Notes under the pieces: model-generated | The model's database searches: none | What the model was told of the DNA's origin: nothing | The model's input: the letters and a program-made list of their open reading frames with translations, nothing else | NCBI GenBank assembly: GCA_963920595.1 | Contig: OY986949.1 | Span: 186,001 to 250,000, forward strand | Source of the DNA: Eimeria praecox | Lineage: Eukaryota | Direction of reading: 5' to 3' | Length of the DNA stretch: 64,000 bases | Shown here: in pieces, positions 1 through 62,377 of the stretch | How the letters are laid out: every line of letters starts with the position of its first letter | How positions within the stretch are numbered: the first letter of the stretch is position 1 | Program-made: the position numbers and the translations under genes

Positions 1-14194
<14,194 letters not shown>

Positions 14195-16335
14195 CTTATT
14201 TTTTGCTTCCGAATAGCTACACAATGTGTTACTGGCTACGCCTTCTTTCGTGCAAGTTTCGTGCTGGTCTACACAATCTGTCAAGGTCGTGTCGTCTGCC
14301 TTGGCCAGCCTTTCGCTGTTCCCGTCTTTCCGCAGAACAAATGCCACCATGCATAACCGGCGTCATCATAAACCCTCAGGAAGACATGATACAAAGGATC
14401 GAGCAGTCACTCCCTCCTCCTACTACGTTCTGCACTGCATATCTACTGAAATGCCTCGCCAATCCGATAAAATCGTTTGTAATGCCAGACTCTGGTTCGG
14501 ATGTCCCGTCTAGCAAGTGCATTTCGCAGCGCCGAAAGATGCTGCCCGCAATGACACAACAGAAGAGCATAGCTAAAGCAACACGAACTCCCGCTTCATT
14601 TCATACGCCAGATGCGGAGCTCTGCACGCGTTCACACATGCATCCATGCACACAGCCGGCGAAATTAAAACACAAACGTACGCATAACTGCGCCCAAAAC
14701 AGTGGATTGGTTTCCGGTGCGTCAGGCGCCCGACAAACGTTCCTAGTTACTTCACGCTTCGTAACTCAAAACGTCCGGCAACTAATTGTATCCATACTCT
14801 CTGGCCAAATCAGCGGGTAACCGCAGCGCTAGAGGGCTTCGCCACATCGCGTCCGCATACGCGCGAACACAAAATAGAAAAGCCCACCTTGCTCACACAC
14901 ACGCGATCCGTACACGCCAAGCGTTTAAATGCTGCGTAGACGACTCTCATATCAAATACAGCTCGCGAGTCTAATCCTAGCCTCAAAGCAATTGCAGAAC
15001 AATACAGTTGGCAGCATATGCCCTAATTGCCGCATCGCGGTTCTTTGGAAGAGCAGGGAAAATAGAAATTTTTCGGGACGACAAAGAAGTATCGCGCAAA
15101 CGAGTTGAGGTGTGTTGATTCATTTCTGACTCTAGTGACGATGGAAACCTGCCACAACAGTGCAATATCGCCAGAGACAAGAGGCGCATGCCTCTAAACG
15201 CTTACTTCCTTAAAATGCAGCAGACGATAGTACGGCAACACAAAGCTTCGCCACATCGCGTCCGCATACGCGCGCACACAAGCTGCAAAAGCCCACCATG
15301 CTCACATACGCAAGTTCCGAAGTTCTACGCGATAAAATGCTGCATATAATCCAACCACCAGATACACTGCATCTCAAGAACGGAACATGAACCTGGCCCT
15401 AGTCTGAACGCAATTGCGGAACGACACAGCTGGCAGCACAGAGGCTAACTGCCATGTCGTGTTATTTGCAAGAGCAGAGAAAATCGACATTTTTCAAAAC
15501 AATGAAGATATATCACGCAAGTGAACTTAGCTGCGTCGAATAATTTTTGCCTCTTGTGAGGATGCAAACTTGCCACGGAGATCCTGCCGAAGCATGGCTA
15601 GTTGAAAAGCTTATCAGCGACACATTCATACACACCACTTTCTCCAAAACGCAAAGCAGCTTAACTAATAATTAGGCCAAACCAGAAATGCTCGCCTGCA
15701 CTACGAGGTCCGCTTGCGTTTGCCGTTTGCTACGACAGAATGAGCCCCATATTACAAGTTATTCCATGCAATTCCCATGAGTGTAGACACAATTCGCTTT
15801 CGCCGCGCGTTCGGGCTCAGCCGGACCTTGGCTATTAGCGCTCTCAGCAGAACAGCTACCAATAATACACAACCAGGCCAACGTCCATTCCCACGCAACT
15901 AAACCCACAAATAAACGCGTAGGCGAAACACTCTGAAACGCAAACGCACCCATAACTGCGTCGAGAAAAAGATGCTGCTGCTGTTTTAGGCGTTCTACAA
16001 GCTGATCTAGATGCTATGCGCTCCGCATTTCCAAGCACCTGGCAGTCAATTATGTGCATACCTCCTGGGTAGAGCAGCGTTTGACCTGAAGCCCAGAGCA
16101 GGATTAGCCATACCGCGCCCTACTACTACGACAACTACTATCATGCGTGAAACTATGCAACGGACCACGTTCACCCCTCATGACTATGGAAGCGTGCCAC
16201 TAAAACCCTGCTGAGATATGGATAGCTCCAAAGCATATCAGTAATGCATTCATAAAGTTGGACTCGCTACGAAAGCAAAGAAGCTTGGATAATATTACTC
16301 AAACCAGAAGCATCGACATGCAGTACGAATTCCGA
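14195..16335. repeat. Array unit C, internally deleted (2141 bp; no microsatellite)
   Basis: M1, then a truncated extra monomer (junction ~15151), then part of M2, then a jump at 16120/16133 into the end of M6. Confidence 0.9.
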
Positions 16336-37993
<21,658 letters not shown>

Positions 37994-38814
37994 CGACATG
38001 CAGTACGAATTGCGACTACACAATGTGTTACTGGCTACGTCTTCTTTCGCGCAAGTTTCGTGCTGGTTTACACAATCTGTTAAGGTCATGTCGTCTGCCT
38101 TGGCCAGCCTTTCGCTGTTCCCGTCTTTCCGCAGAACAAATGCCACCATGCATAACCGCCTTCATCATAAACCCTCCTGAAAGCATGATACAGAGGACCG
38201 CGCAGTCACTCCCTCCTCCTACTACGTTCTGCACTGTACATCTACTGTAATGCCACGCCAATCCGCTAAAATCGTTTGTAATGCCAAACGCTGGTTCGGG
38301 TGTCCCGTCTAGCAAGTGCGTTTCGCAGCGCCGAAAGATGCTGCCCGGAATGACACCACAGAAGAGCACAGCTAAAGCAGCACGAACTCCCGCTTCATAT
38401 CATACTGCAAATGCGGAGCTCTGCACGCGTTCACACATGCATCCATGCATACAGCCGGGGAAATTAAAACACAAACGTACGCATAACTGCGCCAAAAACA
38501 GTGGATTGGTTTCCGGTGCGTCAGGCGCCCAACAAACGTTCCTAGTTACTTCACGCTTCGTAACTCAAAACGTCCGGCAACTAATTGTGTCCATACGCTC
38601 TGGCCAAATCAGCGGGTAACCGCAGCACTAGAGGGCTTCACCGCATCCCCTCCGCAGAGGCGCACACACAAGCTGCAAAGGCCCACCATGCTCTCATACG
38701 CAGGGTCCGAAGTTCTACGCGATACAATGCTGCGTATAATCCAACCAGCAGATGAGACTCATCTCAAGCACGGCACATGATCCTGACCCTAGCCTGAAAG
38801 CAATTGCAGAACGA
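37994..38814. repeat. Terminal partial unit G (M1 only, more diverged)
   Basis: Matches 1-820 with extra substitutions and a ~22 bp deletion in the anchor (gaattgcgactacacaatg). Confidence 0.88.
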
Positions 38815-39899
38815 ATAAAGGACGACGTTGTGTACAATGGTTTCCGCTTATCCGAAGCTCCATGGACGCGCAAAACACAGGGCCGTTTCCCAGGCATCTC
38901 CTTTACTATTACTCCTGAGTGCTATGACATCTTTGCGGCGAGATGCGCACAGCGACCTAATTTTATTTTTTTGCTAATCACCTGCTTTAGATGACTACTG
39001 TATACTAGCGGTGCGAGGTCTGCTGTGGTGCTTCCGCGCGTTCGTCAGTCGTCTTCTTCTTGCGCGGCAGGCATCTTTCGAGCTTTTCGAACGCAGGCAC
39101 TGCAAAATGATAAATGCAGCCTGCTAGCTTGCGGTTCAGAGCCCGTTTGCTGGGTTGTCTCAGTGCAGAATCTAATTTCTGTGCAAGACTGGACCCTAAA
39201 CAATTAGCTGCGTTTGTCTATGGTAGCACCAATGCGCATGCTGCTGGCCGATTGCTCCGGAGCCTCACCAAACCTCTGCTAAAATGAATGCGCACTGGCT
39301 GCTCAAACTATCAAGGTTTCCTATGAACGTGGGCAGGCCACATGGCGCCTTCGCAGGTTGCTTACTAATTTCCAGAAGGCTCTAGTCCAAGTATTGCTAA
39401 CGTTCACAGCACAAACTTACGCAATTGTTCCTGTCGCCCGCCCCCCCCCCCCGACCCAAAAGATTGAAGGCACCAAAGAGCGCGCCCAAGTTGCTAACTT
39501 GCGGCGCTACAAGCTTAAGTGTACTGCTGAGGGTAATCAACCGTCCCCAGGCAGGCGCCTATCCCAATGGTAGCATGCATGCATTCACTTCTACAGCTCA
39601 TTCCAACAGAAGGCTTGATCATTGCTCCTATCCTGCCTTGCTTAGCCTCCGTAACCCTCTAGCTCTCCCCGGAAAGCCGATGCACAGGTCCTTCCTTTTC
39701 CTCTACTTCACTATGCCCGGCACAATTTACCGGGTGGATCTCCCCTAGTGGTGTAGTGGAACAACACTTGTTGGTGCAGCCCGTTGAAGCTGGAGCTTAG
39801 ATTCAAGCTACAAATCTATCTTGCGTAGATAGGCACGCACAGTATGGGCTAGCTGGCTGGGTTGAGCAACAAAAGAAGTTGGTGTGGGTCCGAGCAACA

Positions 39900-54210
<14,311 letters not shown>

Positions 54211-54624
54211 ATGCACGTGGGAACCTACGGCCTTGACCGACCTCGCCACACTAAGCACTAGCTTGCTATCAACGTTGCACGAACGCCAAAACAAATCTGT
54301 GTGCGGCAGCGCTTGTGAAACACACCATTGCTGGGGGCTCGAACGCTGACTAAACGCCAGCACAGGGTTTCCCATACGGGAACCACTCATCAACGCAATC
54401 AATATCTTCCGCTGCGCTCTAACCAGGTCGAGAGTGCCAACTAGCCGCAGACTAACGTCTGTGGCAACGTCCGCACCCTTCAACTCCAGCGCTTGCAAAC
54501 GGTGTTACTCTCGGGGCGCAGTGGGCGCTGCAATGCATACCGAAACGGCTGAGGAGCGTCGCATGGCGTCAAAGCGAGCTTCGCCTCTCAAAGGCCTGTT
54601 TATTGAGGCTCTGCAGTGTCTAGT

Positions 54625-55125
54625 CGCAGCACACATCCCTCTTCTCCGGGTATATGGAACAGCTGAAAACTGGCCTTCTAGAACATCCCGTCGGCAACCA
54701 AAAATCCATCCCTTGCAACCTGAAGTCCATTCCTTGCATACGAAAGTACATTTCTTGCACTGTCCTGCCAGGAATCCTCAGATACCATATGAAGCAACCG
54801 GTAACACATCATAGCCACTACCTTTCGCTCGCTTAAGGCCGAGCCTTGTTACAGTTTTCCATAAGGCAGACAAACGCCCTTCGCAACGCACTGAGCACTC
54901 ACAGCACACACCCATCTTCGCCGGATATGTGGAACAGCTGAAAACTCGCATTCTAATGCATCCCTGCCGCAACCAAAAATCCATTTCTTGCAACCAAAAC
55001 TCCGTCCCTTGTACTGTTCTGCCACGCATTCTCAAATCCGATATAAATGAACTCATAGTGAATCATAGCCACTACCCCCACTCGCAAGCCTAATGCTGTA
55101 CCGCTTGTGGCCGAGCCTTGCTCCC
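54625..55125. repeat. Diverged tandem duplication, ~275 bp period, with an internal 21 bp minisatellite
   Basis: ggaacagctgaaaact at 54656 and 54931; atcatagccactacc and ggccgagccttg in both copies. Three 21-mers at 54695-54757 and two at 54970-55011. Confidence 0.9.
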
Positions 55126-55479
55126 GGACTCCCTACGGCAGGAAAAAACTAGGAGCCGTCGCGCTTCTCGCAAGCCCTCCTGAAAATCCAACCTACCATC
55201 CCCCCCTGTGCCACCAGCACCACTGGCTTGGCACCGTATGCCATGTTGCTACGTTCGCGACACCCACATGATGTCATCCTGCCCCCCCACCCTCCCCCAT
55301 AACTCACTCTAGGCTGACAAACCCAGCTGGAATGGTCTCAACCAGCACCACTCAAGTTCATCCTGTGCAGCCCCTCTCGTGAGACTGTCGAAAAACCACG
55401 TACACGTTCTTTTCCCATGTAGTTGTCCAACCATACCTTGTACGTGTGGTGTAACCGGGAGTAAGGTTGTGAAGCCAAA

Positions 55480-56130
55480 CCTGCCAGCTTACAAGGTTGA
55501 TCATCAGTGCATACAGCTCCAACCCTAGAGCAAAAACACAAGATTTGAATACGTTAGCTTTGCCTGTATAAGGACCTCCGGACAAGGCTCGCCAAAGGGC
55601 TGCACTAGCTTCACCTCTTTGAAGAGGGCCATGCAAGCTTCGCTAATTGGTTCAAGGGCCCCGGTGCACTTAGAAATGGCACTGAGCATCACCCATGTGT
55701 CCCGAGCTAGGAACACAGGGGCTTCCAGTGGCTTCAATTACTCACTAAAGCAATCAACGCCATCTGGAAGCCGAAAGCTCAGCCTTACATAAGCGGATTT
55801 AAGCCCGTGTTCAACAGAATGCTTGGAGGTGCTACTCCTGATGCGTAGAAGGCTGAATCGTCGGAAGCGTGCATGCTGTAGCCGTCCCCATCAGGGCCTA
55901 AGCTTATAACTACAATGCGAAGAACATAATCCGAAACATGGAGTCTGGAAGCATATCTGGGTCTAATATTAGTACTCCGAGCCCCCACGTGGCAAGTGCA
56001 CGTGGCAAGCGCAAAAAGTCCAGAAATTCTAATTTTGATGTAACTCCCGCGTAGTGTAGCCACAATAAATGGGCATGCGCCAGTGAAGTAAGCGTCTCCA
56101 AACATACAACTGAAGGGCCCTCATTTCTTG
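55480..56130 (-). pseudogene. Possible disrupted C-terminal part of the 56888 gene
   Basis: Protein-like fragments (LETLTSLAHAHLLWLHYAGVTSKLEFLDFLRLP; ISEACMALFKEVKLVQPFGEPCPEVLIQAKL) lie just downstream on the same strand, separated by stops and frame changes. Confidence 0.35.
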
Positions 56131-56163
56131 ATCATGCGCTGTTTACCGGGAGTACTTGTCTCG

Positions 56164-56469
56164 TCATAGATCTGCTGAGACCTTCCCACTGCCGCTCACG
56201 CGCCACCGTTCATTAGGCTGCGTTGGCAATATTATCCCACGCCCAGCAAAGCAGGCATCCGGCTGATCCTGAGCTTGCGTCCACGGACGCATTGACTGGC
56301 AATTCAGGGCTATGACTCGATAGTCCTCGTCTAGGGAAGCTTTAGCCTCTTGCATGTACGTCTCATGCCCCAAGACAGAATTTGAAACAAGTTTGGGGAC
56401 TCCGCCTGTAACCGCATCTCCCCGAAATAAATACGCAGTTCCTGTGTCCTCTTCGAGCAACTCGCTTAC
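56164..56469 (-). CDS. Exon 2 of the same gene (spliced product ~207 aa; the stop may be premature)
   Basis: 101 nt intron at 56570-56470 with branch-like GTTAAT, TGCATGC and acceptor GGTAG|. The exon continues in phase 0 as VSELLEEDTG...SADL* and coincides with ORF 56164-56460. Confidence 0.6.
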   Translation of the reverse strand, partial: VSELLEEDTGTAYLFRGDAVTGGVPKLVSNSVLGHETYMQEAKASLDEDYRVIALNCQSMRPWTQAQDQPDACFAGRGIILPTQPNERWRVSGSGKVSADL

Positions 56470-56570
56470 CTACCAGCATCAACCAGCATGCAACGATGCA
56501 TTAACTCTGCGTGCGTCTAGACCTTTTCGGCCTCAACCCCTCCGTGGCATGCTCCCTGCCCCAGACCTAC

Positions 56571-56888
56571 GTTGCAAGGATCTGAACCTGCTTCCGCAAG
56601 CTCGCGCCTATTCAACCCATATCTCTCCAAGTTTCTTCGGTGTTCCAGAGCCGTGAAACAATGATGGAGCACAAACAGCGTAGCAACTATGGCAGCCAGG
56701 GCGGCAACTGGCAAGAGCAGACCCCCTCTCCGTCTCGGTGAAGAGATACTCTGATCTAACGTGATGAATATTGTATGGGGAGAAATGGCATCAGATCGGG
56801 GGACAGGAGTAGCCGGAACATGAGTGCTGCCAGCTGCGCCAACTTCGAGCGCCATGAAGGCAACGAAAAGTGGAGAGAACACGCCCAT
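56571..56888 (-). CDS. Exon 1 of a putative membrane/secreted protein (hydrophobic N-terminus, RRR-TM segment, RRELAE motif) resembling Eimeria-type multigene-family proteins
   Basis: ATG in context CCAAATGG. 106 codons with TM-like GLLLPVAALAAIVATLFVLHHCF preceded by PRRR and followed by NRRELAEAGSDPCN. Phase-0 donor AAC|GTAGGT at 56570. The family resemblance is from memory, not from a search. Confidence 0.72.
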
Positions 56889-59800
56889 TTGGAGGGTTAA
56901 TTGGAATTATCTTCGCTTTTGGTAAAAGGTTGAAACCATATGTCTTACAATTTCAATGTAAATGCTAACAGAGTGCACCATGTACTATTTAGCCCACACA
57001 CCAAAGGCACGTATGTATCCTGTAGTGGCCTAAGCTGAACACTACTGCATGGCCCCTGCAGATGCGGCGCATGCATAACTATATTTTCCATAAAACACTA
57101 AACTAATGTTGGTGCATGAAGTGCTGCATAGACGTATTGTTCACCTTACTGTGTGTTTCCTTGCGTTCTATGTGTTTTTCTGACTGTATTCGTCCACCCT
57201 GTCGAAGGACTGTACGGTGGTCTGCGCAGGGTGAGTACTCGTATCTGTCGGCAGCTTGGTCTGCGTGGTGTTGGTGGCCGTATATCTACTCGTCCACAGG
57301 CGGACTAAACCGTTTTAAACATTAAACAAATGTTTAAGAACTGCCTACACTACAGCCTAGAATGCAACCGCGTGTAGCAAGTGGCCGCTTCTGCGTATAA
57401 GACTGGCTTGTAGCAGGAGCTGCAGCAGGTGCGGTGAGGCCCATGACAAACCAGCCACCTCCACACTAGGCCCGGAATCCAGCAGTCTTCCTAGCACAGC
57501 GCCAACTGAGACACCGCCTCCTAACATAGGAGGCGCTGTGTTAGCTGGAAACTGGAGAGGGAGGCAGCTGCTTCCTATACATGCTTGGCCAAATTGGAAC
57601 TGGCGACTGCCCTCAGTAACGGTTGGAGCTTTTCTTCTTTAGCAACTTATCTGTTTGCCGCTGGAGCTCCGCTTCAAGGTGTGGAAGCCGCCGGTACCTT
57701 TGAGCAAAGCTTGGGGTTGCTCCATGAGTGAATTCGATGTGGTGCACCGACCGTCCAGCGGGCCCTCTGGCAGCACTTTTGCACTTAACACATTTGAGGA
57801 TCTTTCCTTTGTTTTTCTTAACCTTTGCTGTTCATTGGGAGTTCACTGGGCAAATATGCTAAAACTGCGGTATTCGTAGGATCGTCACGACGGAATGCAT
57901 GCATTTCTCGTAACCTTATTCACTGCAGAAGAAGCGGATACGCCGCTTGTCTCGTCCTATCGTGTTCCCGAATATTCAGGCTGCAGTAGGTTGTCGCTTT
58001 TCGCCCTTTTCTGAGGTGACGCTATCATCCATGTATATTCCGGCAATTTCCTCAGCCGCTTTCTTTCTCTTCAGGTAGGGGCCAAGGTTGTGGCTTTCTT
58101 TTTGTTTTAATGTGCAGCTAATCCATCATTACAGACTCCCTCCCTCCAGGGACAGTCCTCATATGAGCTGTTGATATAGAACTTCCGAGTCCGAGTTGGA
58201 CCGAACACCAGTGGCTAGTACTTCCCTGTATATGGCTCTTTCTATAGCTGGGCTTGTTTATGATCTTGATGGAAGAGCTGTTAGTCATTTTTTTCTGAGG
58301 AGAAGATCGTGGCGATTTTCTATTGTGCGAGAAGCGAGAAGGGCTCTTTCTGGGAACGAACTTAATAAGAATACTCTAAACATTTTCCTTTTACCCGCAA
58401 AGCGCCGTTGCTCCTAATCAGTGCTATTGTGCAAGAAGGCTAACTGTTGGGGTGACCTTAGCTGCTCGTATCCGCCCCGTTGATCCATGCGCTGCTACCA
58501 AGTGTAACAGGAGCCTTCGATCGTCGCAGAGGCCGGCCGTGAGCTGCAATAGAATCAAATGAATTATCGGGAGAGTTTCATTCAAAAATAGGACGCCTGC
58601 TGCCCACTCTCCAGGCTTCATTGCACTGCGGCTCATGAGCGTGGGACTGTTGAGAAAGGTCCTGGCTTCCCATGAGTTGCAGCGCACTTTAGCGCAACTT
58701 ATGCTCCCCAACGACTCCACATGCAAGCATCTTCTGCTGAATGCCCTACCACTGTAGGTATTGTACTGTACACTTTCTTCGGCCTTTAGCCGGTAGCCTG
58801 CACACAAGAGGAAATGAGCGTTCTTACTTCAGACAGACCATGCTGCAGCAATCCTATACCCTGTACCGTGAGTCCAATACTGCCAATAGGCGATGCGGCA
58901 AAGCAACGGACCACGAATGGATATGACACCAGCAAATTGTGCTGTTCTACGTGAAAGCAAATACTTAAGCCAAACGGTATATGCTTGATGGTTGCCGCCG
59001 TTCTCCTCTTGTGTAGTGAGCCAGTGGCAAGGATATGTATAAGCTCAAGCAGCAAAGAGGCAGTGCTATGCAAGCGGCTAACGTACTTACTACAAGTATA
59101 CAGATGCTGCGGGATTCCCTGAGAACACTAAAGCGTGCTACACATAAGTGCGCGCTCGTGTCAGCATAATCTTCTGTGGATTGTTCGTTACCAGCTCAGC
59201 TTAAATATTAGTGTGAGGTGCAGTTCAAACAATTTGCACGTATTTTGGTGAAAATGACCATATGTTAACGCCTCGGGGTCCCAAGTAGTCGAGCCTCTGC
59301 TAGCCTTCAAAGTTCAAATTAAAGGTTTGCTTGGCTTGTTGAAATCATTGTGGCCGACACACTTTGCCGCTTCCTAGGTAAGATGCCTTAGGAACAACGT
59401 AAAGCTTTCATAATCGTGGGAGCTTGCCCGGAAAATAGTCTTTGACTTCCCTCATCTAAAACTGAAAGGCAGGCTGCCCTTTTTCAACTTCCTATATGCC
59501 GTGGGCAGAGCACGAGCTCCCTAACTACAATCCTGCAGCTACCAAATGCCTGTCAAAAAGACTTTCTTGCAGCACCGTAGGATGCCTGGATGACGTCTAA
59601 CGTATACCTCTCCCCTTACACAAAAAAGTGACTTACGTTTATCTTCGTTTTAGTAGGGAGCCTGCTCAGAGGCACAAACCAACTTCCTAGTTGCTACCTG
59701 CAATTATTTTGGAGAATCTGCTAGGATATCAAGCATTCACTAGGCAATTCGTCTATTCCGCTCGCCTCCACTTTCTCTCCTGCTTAGCAGGGCATGCCAA

Positions 59801-61965
59801 ATATCGGTCTAAATGAATTTGCCTGGCAGCCTACTTTCTGAAGAAGCTCAGTGGAGCGTGCGTGCTGCGTGCTTCGCCCCGTCGCATAGGGCCCAAGTAC
59901 ATCTCCCTGTCTCACGTTGGAAGGAAATGATGGTGCCAGATTTCGCAGTGGCAGACCAAAGCTCCGCCCCCACGCCATCGAAACAATGCGACTGCACATC
60001 GGGTGATCTTCCACTCTGCATGAGCGAAACAATAGCCAGCATCCCCATGAGCACCCAAAACAAGAACTAAAGGGAAGGAGAGGTTCCACATCATATACCG
60101 GGCAGTATCGCACAACAGCATCAAACAACATCTTCGAGCCGCGCCACCATGGACAAAAGGTTCATCCTGTCTGGAGAAAAAAAGAGGATGATCATGCACG
60201 GTATGTTCCTCAAAATTCCCTCATGCACGATGCTCCAACGAACGGAATGAAATGCACTGCAATTTTTGTTGGAATAGGACATGAATTATTTTACGGAAGG
60301 CTCCTCAACATTTCGACGAAGATGATCATTTGATCAAACACCAGACGGCAGCGCTGCCAAACACTGAGCGTTGCCAGAAGCTCTCTCCGCTCCCCCTTGG
60401 TATAGAGCACTTACTGCCCGACACTTCTTTTCGTGCACAATGGGGAGTACGGTGGAATTTCTGTTTAAAAGATAGAATCCTGAGACTCACCCAAGACTTT
60501 CTAAAACAAACCAGCAAAACCTTAACCACAGCAGCTCCGAATTGCATCAAGATTTGCCAAAATGTGGCACTGTTCGGTCCACCACAGTTAAAGAAGCAAC
60601 GCACTAGCACTCTCTGCACTCTCTGCACTCTCTGAATCGGAACACAGCCTGTGCGGCAAGAAACACACAGTGCTCAGTCTACTCTTGTACGGCGATAATA
60701 TCTTGAAAGAAACAAAAGACTCGCCCATATTCTTGTCGACTTTAGGCAACTCGTCATACGTAACACAGCTGTACACACTGGTAGTTCAACAATTATGTGC
60801 AGAACGTAGGAACGGCTAGCCGCAGCAACAGGGTAAAGCAAATATATTCCGTTGTGATGCATGCTGGCTCTAATATTGACTCTCTTTAATGGTAAATTTA
60901 CGTTATGCAACTATGAGCCTGCGCATAGAATTTTCCCCTATCCATGGCCACTCAGCAGATGGCGGCATATCGGTTGCCTGATGATCAGCGCGGATGCAGT
61001 GCAACATTAAGAACCAGCTGCGAACCAGCGTCTTGGTTTAAAGCGGCCATGTTCTCTTAGGAACGCACTGCTTTGCACCTAATAATTATGCATGCACACT
61101 GCAACGAGAAACATGCGACAGCAGCTGGCAATGTTTCCGCCCTTTACTTGGTGCCCAATACGGGCACTGACTGAGTTGCGCACAACAAGCAAGGGAGCGA
61201 TGCCTAGCGCTGAACAAAACTGTACGCTGGCGCCATCAGGCCGTACAATCGGAAAACGGCTGCACACGAATGAACACGTAGAAAGTCATACTGGCAAACA
61301 GGTGTGGCCCAATCGCCACTGACTGATGCGTTTGTACGGCATGCACACCGATCATCCGCAAGCATAAGCAAACGACAACGACAGGCGATCTGACAAGGGC
61401 GGCGAGACGCTGTTATGATACGCCCACGCGACAAAAAGAACCAGAGATAACCACTGTTGTGCTACAGAAATGAAAATCTGAGATTCTAGGCATCAAAACT
61501 GCATGCTGCCAGAAACGCTGCTAATCAATACCTCTACGTCAGTTTGGGTATCCATATACACACAATAAAAAGCCTCACTAGCATTGCAGTGCTCTTCGCC
61601 GCTGTAATCCCTTGCTTACGGGATTATAAATAGAATCCACGAAGATGCAAACAATGCAACTCGCAAACAGTTTGCCGCTTGGCATCTTCGATACCATATG
61701 AAAACGCCCCTTCCCACCTACTGGTGAAGTGCTATTCCGTCGTAATCACGGTTATGGTGTTTCCAAAGTAAGCGTCTTCTTAGGAGAGCGAATGTGTAGC
61801 GCCGCGTCTCTTCAGGCTACATAATCTACCTCTGGTGCTGGCGTCGCAAACTAGAACCAGGTCAATTCATGCTCCTACTTTTTGAATAATTAGAGTTTCT
61901 AAAAAGAAAACATAAAAGGCCGTTCAACTACTTTTTATATTCTAAATTATTCTAACGTTTTACAG

Positions 61966-62377
61966 TGTCCCCACATCGAGCACCGCAGTGCTCGTCCAGG
62001 GCGGGCGGGTGGCCGCGCCGCTGCGGAAGCGGCTGCCAGCCCCAGCTCCCCCCAGCTAGCTAGCCCCCCGCCGGTTGACTGCTTCGAGTCAACTAGCAAA
62101 CCTTAATTGACCTTTCGTTTTCTCCTCATTAAATTCTTTCTTGCCGAATTAGGAGCTTAAATCCGGGGTATTGTAGCTCCAGGCACTACAGAATGTCTCG
62201 CAGACTTTAACGCCGCTAGCAGCTGTGCGTTTGTCCGCAGCTGATGGAGCTTTTCATACACTCCCCTCGGGGCCCTAGGCAGCCTAACTTTTCCTTTTTT
62301 TTCCCGCACGTGACTGGTGTAGCCACCCTCTGTGTACTTCTGCACAAACTCGGACTTGATCCTGGTGCGCATTAGAT
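61966..62377. other. GC-rich, hairpin-containing segment adjoining the RT fragment; possible LTR/UTR remnant
   Basis: Sharp AT-to-GC switch at TGTCCCCACA (61966) and three perfect stems in 61977-62093. No partner LTR is visible in the window. Confidence 0.3.

Noticed and set aside
39741..39832. tRNA-like segment (TGGTGTAGTGG A-box-like sequence, GTGT/ACAC stem, agctt/aagct stem)
   Set aside because: No anticodon or acceptor stem pairing and no canonical GTTCRA T-loop; a tRNAscan-SE hit would be needed.
57315..57337. Inverted repeat ttaaacatt-aaaca-aatgtttaa
   Set aside because: Short and AT-rich; expected by chance in 64 kb.
57650..58810. Possible decayed minus-strand coding sequence (purine-rich, charged fragments)
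   Set aside because: Frequent stops in all frames and no recognisable motif; cannot be supported without TBLASTX.
60607..60633. (GCACTCTCT)x3 tandem repeat
   Set aside because: Trivial local slippage with no further context.
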